A DNA stretch of 44,962 nucleotides from an uncultured Gammaproteobacteria bacterium (lineage in GTDB: Bacteria > Pseudomonadota > Gammaproteobacteria > UBA4575), in assembly GCA_963926275.1 (NCBI GenBank), contig CAWUWP010000018.1:1-44962 (forward strand). The letters run 5' to 3'. Below, piece after piece: positions 20,228 through 27,271 of this stretch. The position numbers were made by a program, and so were the translations under genes. Positions within the stretch are counted from its first letter, which is position 1; every line of letters starts with the position of its first letter. A model generated the notes under the pieces. The model was not told the DNA's origin. It saw only the letters and a program-made list of their open reading frames with translations, and searched no databases.

Positions 20228-20602
20228 TTACAGTCCCTGATCTGTTGTATTACCACTAGCCGGCATTTTAGGCAGTGAGTTTCCATCAACTTTTTCTGGT
20301 TGCATCTGACTTAATTCGACACCGATTTCTGCATGCAAAGCGGCTACCAGTGCGTCAACTTCACCAATTTCTTCAGAAAGTAGTTCTTCAGAGCTAGTTA
20401 ATGGCAATTCTTTAAGGGACTCTTCAGTGATTAACTCAGCTGCGATTTCACGTAGTGCAACAACCGTTGGTTTATCATTTTCCCACTCGACTAAAGGCTC
20501 TGTGCCCATCGCAATCTGTCTGGCTCGCTTACTAGCGACCATTATGAGTTTGAAACGATTATCAATTTTTTCTAAGCAATCTTCTACGGTTACGCGAGCC
20601 AC
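20228..20602 (-). CDS. rpoZ: DNA-directed RNA polymerase subunit omega, with an extended C-terminus
   Basis: 124 aa. The N-terminus [30 protein letters not shown] is canonical omega. About 35 extra acidic/low-complexity residues follow at the C-terminus. Confidence 0.93.
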   Translation of the reverse strand: MARVTVEDCLEKIDNRFKLIMVASKRARQIAMGTEPLVEWENDKPTVVALREIAAELITEESLKELPLTSSEELLSEEIGEVDALVAALHAEIGVELSQMQPEKVDGNSLPKMPASGNTTDQGL

Positions 20603-20685
20603 GCTTTTCTCCTGTTATATAAATATATTCTAATATTCAAAGTGTAGTCGATTTTGCAGATATAAACTACTTATCTAATTCGACA

Positions 20686-21297
20686 TTAACTTAGCGTTGA
20701 AAGTAATTGATTCATCACATCCTGACTAGGGGGCAAGTATTTATCTGGTTGAGTAAATACATGGGTCAATGCTTGAATGGCTTCTTCCAAATCATCATTA
20801 ATTATCAGGTATTGATATTCATTATAGTGACTTATCTCACTTTGGGCTTGATCCATGCGTCCTTGAATCACTTCTTTAGAGTCCTGGCCTCGTGCATCTA
20901 AGCGACTTTCCAAGGCTTTAATTGAGGGTGGAAGTATAAATATTGATATCGCTTGCGGATAAATTTTTCGTACTTGTTGCGCGCCTTGCCAATCTATTTC
21001 TAACACAACACTATACCCCGCCTCTAGTAAAATACTCACCGACTTCTTTGAAGTTCCGTAAAAATTACCAAATACTCCCGCAAATTCTATAAAGTCACCT
21101 TCTTTTTCTAATTTATGGAATTCTTGCTTAGAGACAAAGTGATAATCCTCAGCATCAACTTCACCTGGTCGTGGTTTACGCGTGGTATGAGAAACAGCGA
21201 TTTTCAAATTCACCAACTGTGGACGAACTGCCTTTAAGAGGCTAGTTTTCCCTGCACCAGACGGTGCAGACACAATATACAAAGTACCTGGAGACAT
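20686..21297 (-). CDS. gmk: Guanylate kinase
   Basis: 203 aa with P-loop [11 protein letters not shown] and the motifs [18 protein letters not shown] and YGTS. Confidence 0.95.
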   Translation of the reverse strand: MSPGTLYIVSAPSGAGKTSLLKAVRPQLVNLKIAVSHTTRKPRPGEVDAEDYHFVSKQEFHKLEKEGDFIEFAGVFGNFYGTSKKSVSILLEAGYSVVLEIDWQGAQQVRKIYPQAISIFILPPSIKALESRLDARGQDSKEVIQGRMDQAQSEISHYNEYQYLIINDDLEEAIQALTHVFTQPDKYLPPSQDVMNQLLSTLS

Positions 21298-21387
21298 GAA
21301 TTTTGAATTTAGTCAGATAAAGCCCCATTCAAACAAAAGGTCCCGACAATTGCCAGAGCCTTTTACTTGTGAGAATACGAGAACTTG

Positions 21388-22065
21388 TTAACTTGAGGTG
21401 ATGGGTACTAATGCTATCTCGACGCGGCGATTTTTTGCACGACCTTGATCAGTATCATTATTGGCGACCGGATAACCCTCTCCATAGCCATAGGCCTCTA
21501 AACGAACCGAATTTATTTCACGGCTAGCTAAATAGTCCGTCACACTACGTGCTCGTCTATCTGATAGCTGCTGATTATGCTGTTCAGAGCCGGTGTTATC
21601 TGTATGCCCCATGACTTCAATTAAGGTTTTATCGTATTCATTCACAACAATTGTGACAGAATCAAGTACTTCATAAAAATCACTACTAATATCCGCGCTG
21701 TTGACACCAAATGTAATGTTACTTGGCATATTTAGGATAATGTTATCTCCATCACGGGTAACGCTAACACCAGTCCCTGATAATGTTTGACGTAGTTTAG
21801 CTTCTTGTACATCCATGTAATAACCAATACCACCGCCAGCAATCGCTCCTAGACCTGCGCCAATCAATGCTCTTTCTCTTCTCTCACGGCTGCTATTCCC
21901 GCTAATCAATCCAACCACTGCTCCCGCGGCTGCTCCAATTCCAGCTCCCTTAGCCACTTTGCTAGTTTGTTGTTCTCCCGTATAAGGATTAATTGTCGAA
22001 CAGGCTGCAAGGCTGATCGCAAAAGCTACTGTTATTACGAAATTAGTCATCCGTTTAAATTTCAT
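21388..22065 (-). CDS. OmpA-family lipoprotein with a glycine-zipper region
   Basis: 225 aa. It has a lipobox (ISLAAC), a glycine zipper (GAGIGAAAGAVVGLISG ... GAGLGAIAGGGIGYY) and a C-terminal OmpA peptidoglycan-binding domain (GHTDNTGSEQHNQQLSDRRARSV). Confidence 0.85.
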   Translation of the reverse strand: MKFKRMTNFVITVAFAISLAACSTINPYTGEQQTSKVAKGAGIGAAAGAVVGLISGNSSRERRERALIGAGLGAIAGGGIGYYMDVQEAKLRQTLSGTGVSVTRDGDNIILNMPSNITFGVNSADISSDFYEVLDSVTIVVNEYDKTLIEVMGHTDNTGSEQHNQQLSDRRARSVTDYLASREINSVRLEAYGYGEGYPVANNDTDQGRAKNRRVEIALVPITSS

Positions 22066-22275
22066 CTGGTAATCCTCTTTTATAATTGTGCGAACTATTA
22101 CTTAGAAGCGAACATTTCAATAAAGTTCGCGACCATAAATCTTTGACTTTTAACCATATGTCGGCCGAACATTTCGCTACATCATAAATAATGCTGAGCA
22201 CCCTCTACTAATCACATTTTTGAAATTACAATCCCTGTATAAATGTTCAATTAAAGAGAACCTTAGGATATCTAA

Positions 22276-22845
22276 ATGGAGCCTAGCTCACAAGACCATT
22301 GGCCAAACGTAAAAGACGCTGACCCATTTGCGACTCTTAGTCGAGTTGAAAACTCTATCGACCCCAGTACTGGCACATTGAATTCTAACCTTAAAGAGGT
22401 GGATATATGGGCGCACCATATATTGAAAGATGCGGGCCTTCCTACTGAGATAAATGCGTTGCAAGCCAGACTAGACACCATTGAAGAAGTTGCTAGCGCT
22501 TGGTATGCCGGCAATAGTCTACTGCAGTCTTTTACTTTACGCTCCGCATTGGAAAGCGGCGATCAAGCGACAACTATCCTGCTTGGTTTCTTATTAGCTG
22601 ATTTTCGATGGCAGGGTTACTTTGCAGCACACCGCGAACAATTATTAAAAGATCAAAAATCTGTCGATGAGATATTAAATAAAGCCAGTAATGACGAACT
22701 AGAAATTGATACTTACAGTGCCGCTATTAATGCACTTAAGAAAAAATATCCTCATTGTACTGTCAACGCGTTGCGCTTATTACTGTCTAACAAACTCAAT
22801 GTTAGCAAACAGCGCCTAGATGATTTAGATATTCGCCCCGAATAA
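22276..22845 (+). CDS. Hypothetical protein sharing a C-terminal motif with the next ORF
   Basis: 189 aa ORF with AGGA 9 nt upstream of the ATG. I recognise no family. The C-terminal ~40 aa (KKYPHCTVNALRLLLSNKLNVSKQRLDDLDIRP) aligns with the C-terminus of the 22855-23652 product. Confidence 0.6.
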   Translation: MEPSSQDHWPNVKDADPFATLSRVENSIDPSTGTLNSNLKEVDIWAHHILKDAGLPTEINALQARLDTIEEVASAWYAGNSLLQSFTLRSALESGDQATTILLGFLLADFRWQGYFAAHREQLLKDQKSVDEILNKASNDELEIDTYSAAINALKKKYPHCTVNALRLLLSNKLNVSKQRLDDLDIRPE

Positions 22846-22854
22846 AATAATATT

Positions 22855-23652
22855 ATGGAAAATGATACGAGCATGGAAACTAGCCCACTGACAGAAGAGT
22901 TGTACTCAATTAATTGGGCTGTTCGCTTTGATGAATTTAGAAAGCACGATGAAACTAGTTACACTGACTTACATCAGTTACTGGCTAAAATTGAAAATAT
23001 TATTGAAAGTGAAATCGACAATAAAGATGGCGATCTCAGTGATATTAAAGTACTAAAAAATAAATTCAGTACAGCCGAAGTTGACTCACTTCAATGGCAT
23101 CGTTTGTCTATGTTGATTCACCTTAAGATTGTGCTTGCATCAATTCCAAAAGGGTTAACTGCCACCGCAACATTAAGCGCTATACAAATTATGGAACACT
23201 TAGGGAAAGTGTCGAATTTTGAACAAAAAACATCTCAAAGCGCCATTGTCCAAGCCACACCAAACCCAGCACCCACAAGAACAACAGCACCTAAAGCTGG
23301 TCGATCTGCGCCGAAACCAGCAGCTGCGCCCGCACTTAAACAAGCGCCGAAGCCAGTAAGGGCAACAACCCCTAAAATAACGCCTAAAGCCAGAGAGAAA
23401 TTAAAACCTGTCGCCAATAATAATAACGACACTCAAACAGAGAATGTGGTTATTAAGAAACTGGCTGAAGAAGCCGGACTGGAAGATAAAAATCTAGCCA
23501 CTCGATGTTATGAAGTGGCCAGCACTCTGGCAGATGAATATCCTAAGTACACACTTACCGCAATACGAGTGATGACTGCTGAAAAGCTGGGCGTAACCCG
23601 CCAATTTGTCGAAAATTTGGATATAAAACCAGCTAAATTTAAAAATGGCTGA
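22855..23652 (+). CDS. Hypothetical protein: helical N-terminal region, basic Pro/Ala/Lys-rich linker, shared C-terminal motif
   Basis: 265 aa ORF starting 9 nt after the previous gene. There is an alternative ATG at 22873. The linker spans aa 135-185 (TPNPAPTRTTAPKAGRSAPKPAAAPALKQAPKPVRATTPKITPKAREKLKP). The C-terminus is DEYPKYTLTAIRVMTAEKLGVTRQFVENLDIKP. Confidence 0.6.
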   Translation: MENDTSMETSPLTEELYSINWAVRFDEFRKHDETSYTDLHQLLAKIENIIESEIDNKDGDLSDIKVLKNKFSTAEVDSLQWHRLSMLIHLKIVLASIPKGLTATATLSAIQIMEHLGKVSNFEQKTSQSAIVQATPNPAPTRTTAPKAGRSAPKPAAAPALKQAPKPVRATTPKITPKAREKLKPVANNNNDTQTENVVIKKLAEEAGLEDKNLATRCYEVASTLADEYPKYTLTAIRVMTAEKLGVTRQFVENLDIKPAKFKNG

Positions 23653-23775
23653 TTATTCATAGACTTAAGCTATCATTACAGTCTTACCCATCACTATTGT
23701 ACGGATGTCACTTAGCCAATATAATCTTCCTAACAAAACTTAGCTGCTTACTATAATAAATATACTGGAGTTCCA

Positions 23776-23856
23776 ATGAACTATGATGTTCCCGCACTAT
23801 TAGTCGGTGTCACCGTTGTCGTGATCGCACTTGTAATGGCATTCGTGTTTGTCTAA
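23776..23856 (+). CDS. Candidate 26-aa single-TM micro-protein (MNYDVPALLVGVTVVVIALVMAFVFV)
   Basis: GGAG lies 5 nt upstream of the ATG, and a TATAAT hexamer sits at 23752-23757. A strong stem-loop terminator starts 27 nt after the stop. This ORF is not in the supplied track because it is too short. Confidence 0.4.
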   Translation: MNYDVPALLVGVTVVVIALVMAFVFV

Positions 23857-23882
23857 CTAATTGCTAAAACAGACATAAAAAA

Positions 23883-23910
23883 AGCCCCGCAAACTTTGCG
23901 GGGCTTTTTT
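23883..23910. terminator. Bidirectional rho-independent terminator (micro-ORF on + strand, phoU on - strand)
   Basis: AGCCCCGCAAA-C-TTTGCGGGGCT is a perfect GC-rich stem. It is flanked by an A-run upstream and TTTTTT downstream, and lies between convergent genes. Confidence 0.85.
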
Positions 23911-23937
23911 ATGTCTGTTGATTTAACTGTTAGCTAA

Positions 23938-24657
23938 TCAGGGTCTCTTCTGGAATTCGTCTAGTGCCTGCTGAAAACTAGTATGACGCACATCTTTGCC
24001 TTCGACGGTAAAAATCACATATTCACAAATATTCTTTGCGTGATCACCAATACGTTCTAAAGCACGCGCACACCACATCACTTTTAGCCCTCGCTCAACA
24101 GAAGAACGATCTTCAGTCATAGACTTAATCAGCTTGCGCAAGATGATGTCGTATTCTTTATTAATGTCCTTATCTGTTGCCGCGGTTTGAAAAGCACTGG
24201 CAACATCCATACGTGCAAAAGCATCTAATGAATCGCGCAATATAGTTTTAACCTGATCTCCTAACAACTTGAGCTCAGAAAAATATAGTTCATTACGTTC
24301 TTCAGTAGCAAGATCTACAGCATAACGGCCAATTTTCTCTGCCTCGTCACCAATTCTTTCAAGGTCAGTAATGGTTTTAATGATGGCAACCACTAAACGT
24401 AAGTCACCAGCTGCTGGCTGTCTTAATGCGATAATGTGATTACATTCTTCATCTATCGCCACTTCCATAGAATTGACTTGGTAATCACTGGTGGCCACTT
24501 GCTCTGCCAAACTGCTATCTGAATTAACTAAAGCTAACAGACTATTCTCGACTTGCTTCTCGACAAGCCCACCCATATTTAACACCTTGTTTCGTGTTGA
24601 CTCTAGGTCATCATCAAATTGGTGAAGTATGTGTTGTCCTGCATTTTGTATAGACAT
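23938..24657 (-). CDS. phoU: Phosphate signalling complex protein PhoU
   Basis: 239 aa with two PhoU repeats, each carrying the E/DxxxD motif (LERIGDEAEKI and LERIGDHAKNI). It lies downstream of pstB. Confidence 0.95.
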   Translation of the reverse strand: MSIQNAGQHILHQFDDDLESTRNKVLNMGGLVEKQVENSLLALVNSDSSLAEQVATSDYQVNSMEVAIDEECNHIIALRQPAAGDLRLVVAIIKTITDLERIGDEAEKIGRYAVDLATEERNELYFSELKLLGDQVKTILRDSLDAFARMDVASAFQTAATDKDINKEYDIILRKLIKSMTEDRSSVERGLKVMWCARALERIGDHAKNICEYVIFTVEGKDVRHTSFQQALDEFQKRP

Positions 24658-24744
24658 AACGGTAAAGCCTTACGATTATATAAACTATATTGTATATACA
24701 TTTGCATGCTTTGTATATACGTTTGATGAATTCATTTCCGCCAC

Positions 24745-25566
24745 TTATCCATAACGTCCTGTTATGTAATCTTCCGTCTTCTTTTCTGTAGGATTAGTAA
24801 ATAATTTATCCGTCGCATCAAATTCTATTAATTCACCTAGATATAGGAATGCAGTGTAATCCGAGACACGCGCAGCCTGTTGCATATTATGTGTCACAAT
24901 CACCACCGTATACTGAGACTTAAGCTCAAATATCAACTCTTCTATTTTTAATGTTGAGATCGGATCAAGCGCTGAAGCAGGCTCATCTAGAAGTAGCACT
25001 TCGGGTTGAATAGCAATTGCTCTGGCAATAACTAAACGCTGTTGTTGTCCACCGGAAAGTGCAAATGCATTCTCTGGCAAGCGGTCTCCGACTTCATCCC
25101 ATAACGCTGCGCGCTTCAATGACCATTCAACACGATCCTCAATTTCTCTTTTATTAGACACGCCTTGTAATCGCAATCCATAGGCGACGTTTTCAAAAAT
25201 AGATTTTGGGAACGGGTTAGGCTTTTGGAATACCATGCCCACTCTTCTGCGCAAATCGGTCACGTTGACGTTTCTATCGTAGACGTCCTCACCTCTTAAT
25301 AGCAGCTGGCCTTTTAATGTGACACCATCTACTAAATCGTTCATACGATTCATGCAGCGCAGCAATGTAGATTTACCACAGCCACTTGGCCCAATAAACG
25401 CGGTGACACGGCTTGACGGGATATTCATATTAATATCAAACAATGCCTGCTTATCACCATAGAAAAGTGAAAAGTCCTTACATTGCATACAAATTTCTTC
25501 GTCTTCAATCTTTTTAGATTCCTTGCCATGGAATACTTGATTGGATACTGGGGTATCAATAGTCAT
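24745..25566 (-). CDS. pstB: Phosphate ABC transporter ATP-binding protein
   Basis: 273 aa with Walker [10 protein letters not shown], signature LSGGQQQRL and Walker B LLLDEP, plus a PstB-type C-terminus ([10 protein letters not shown]). Confidence 0.96.
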   Translation of the reverse strand: MTIDTPVSNQVFHGKESKKIEDEEICMQCKDFSLFYGDKQALFDINMNIPSSRVTAFIGPSGCGKSTLLRCMNRMNDLVDGVTLKGQLLLRGEDVYDRNVNVTDLRRRVGMVFQKPNPFPKSIFENVAYGLRLQGVSNKREIEDRVEWSLKRAALWDEVGDRLPENAFALSGGQQQRLVIARAIAIQPEVLLLDEPASALDPISTLKIEELIFELKSQYTVVIVTHNMQQAARVSDYTAFLYLGELIEFDATDKLFTNPTEKKTEDYITGRYG

Positions 25567-25601
25567 AAATTAATTACTCGATATTTTTTTACAATTTTCA
25601 C

Positions 25602-27266
25602 TTAGTGTTCCATGGTGCGATATTTTTCTCGCAAATGATTCCGGAAATATATCGCAGATAAATTCAGCAGTATGATGACTACTACTAGAATTAATGCGGT
25701 GGCATAAACGAGTGGGCGCGCAGCTTCAACATTGGGGCTTTGAAAACCAACATCATAAATATGAAAACCTAAATGCATAAATTTTCTTTCTAAATGCAGG
25801 AACGGCGCATTTAGATCCAGCGGCAAAGAGGGTGCCAACTTAACTGCTCCCACCAACATTAGCGGTGCAACTTCACCGGCTGCTCGTGCTACTGCCAAAA
25901 TTAATCCTGTCATCATGGCTGGGCTCGCCATAGGAATGACTGTACGCCAAAGTGTTTCCGCTTTAGTTGCCCCTAACGCTAACGAACCTTCTCTGACTGA
26001 ACTTGGAATTCTTGACAGTCCTTCTTCGGTGGCAACAATCACAACAGGGACGGTTAATAATGCCAATGTTAATGACGCCCACAGCAATCCACCGGAACCA
26101 AATGTAGGTGATGGCAATGCTTCTGGATAGAATAATTGATCAATATTCCCACCCAGAAAATAAACAAAGAAACCCAAACCGAATACACCATAAACAATCG
26201 AGGGCACACCAGCTAAATTGTTGACTGAGATTCTAACCAATCTCGTAATGAATCCTTGCTTAGCATATTCGCGTAAATAGATAGCGGCGATAACACCAAA
26301 TGGTGTCACGATGACAGACATCAACAACACCATCATCACCGTGCCGAATATTGCCGGGAAGATACCACCTTCTGTGTTTGCTTCTCGCGGATCGTCGCTG
26401 ACAAAGTTTTTCAAGTTAACAAAATAATGCGCTACCTTTGTCCCTAAGCCCATAGCATTAGGTCTCGTTGCTTTAATAATGTCTGCCAAGTTGATCCGTT
26501 TTTCTTGGCCATTCTGAATTGTCATTACCGCCTGATCGCGCGTAATAGCTGCATATAATTTTTCTAATTCTCCTTTCAGAACTTCGTAGGCATCATCCTC
26601 AATTTTACGCTGTGCTTTAATATTGGCACTAGCCTCAGGATCACTGACACCACTTAATTCAATCCTGCGTTCTCTTAGGCGTAACTTTTCGATTTTATAA
26701 TTGATCTTTCCAATATCGTACTTTTCAATCTCATGAATTTCATCGCGCAATTCATCAACTCGTTCTAATCGAATTTGTAGTTCATCCCACAACGCATCTG
26801 GCTTTACATCCAGCACATCACCACTCTCACTCAGCGATTGCAGGAAACCATAAAAATTACCCCATTGAGTTCGCTCAAACACAATGGCATCGACAGGCTT
26901 ACGCACTGCCTGTTCATTGGGTTTAACAACAAGCTTGAAATCTACTCCGTACATATCGCGGTTTCCGATTTTAAGCAAAGTTCTTTCAACAAGCTCTTCT
27001 TCAAAATCAGCATGCAATCCAGAAGCAACCAACTGTTTTGCAGGGACTATCTCAACTTTTGCACGTTCCCCCAATAGTACAACTTGAGTTCCACTATCCA
27101 GGTAATCGATCTCCCAAATTGTCTTCGGCCAAAAATGACCAAGGCCTCTTACCGCAATCAAAACCAGTAAACCTACGACCATGATCATACTGATAGATAC
27201 CGCACCGGCATTTAACCATACCCATGGCGTACCACTTTTAAAGAAACCTAGCTTTTCTGTATTCAT
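25602..27266 (-). CDS. pstA: Phosphate ABC transporter permease PstA, long form with a ~250-aa insertion after TM1
   Basis: 554 aa. The C-terminal ~260 aa is a canonical PstA permease core (EAA-loop region EGSLALGATKAETLWRTVIP). Between TM1 and that core sits an extra region with a coiled-coil-like stretch (ELQIRLERVDELRDEIHEIEKYDIGKINYKIEKLRLRERRIEL). Confidence 0.9.
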   Translation of the reverse strand: MNTEKLGFFKSGTPWVWLNAGAVSISMIMVVGLLVLIAVRGLGHFWPKTIWEIDYLDSGTQVVLLGERAKVEIVPAKQLVASGLHADFEEELVERTLLKIGNRDMYGVDFKLVVKPNEQAVRKPVDAIVFERTQWGNFYGFLQSLSESGDVLDVKPDALWDELQIRLERVDELRDEIHEIEKYDIGKINYKIEKLRLRERRIELSGVSDPEASANIKAQRKIEDDAYEVLKGELEKLYAAITRDQAVMTIQNGQEKRINLADIIKATRPNAMGLGTKVAHYFVNLKNFVSDDPREANTEGGIFPAIFGTVMMVLLMSVIVTPFGVIAAIYLREYAKQGFITRLVRISVNNLAGVPSIVYGVFGLGFFVYFLGGNIDQLFYPEALPSPTFGSGGLLWASLTLALLTVPVVIVATEEGLSRIPSSVREGSLALGATKAETLWRTVIPMASPAMMTGLILAVARAAGEVAPLMLVGAVKLAPSLPLDLNAPFLHLERKFMHLGFHIYDVGFQSPNVEAARPLVYATALILVVVIILLNLSAIYFRNHLREKYRTMEH

Positions 27267-27271
27267 GATAA

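Noticed and set aside
15515-21297. The gmk-rpoZ-spoT-ridA-recG block lacks the trmH gene that sits between spoT and recG in E. coli, and has ridA in its place.
   Set aside because: From memory, a RidA-family gene directly after spoT is the normal arrangement in pseudomonads and other Gammaproteobacteria. This is ordinary lineage-specific synteny, not an anomaly.
21298-21387. An A/T-flanked imperfect inverted repeat (AAAAGG...CCTTTT) lies downstream of the OmpA-like gene and could be a terminator.
   Set aside because: Only the outer 6 A/T-rich base pairs pair well. The interior does not form a stable stem, so the evidence is insufficient.
23235-23432. A 65-aa minus-strand ORF is rich in Gly/Ala/Leu.
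   Set aside because: It is the reverse-complement reading of the Pro/Ala/Lys low-complexity linker in the 22855-23652 ORF. Mirror ORFs are expected in such GC-biased repeats.
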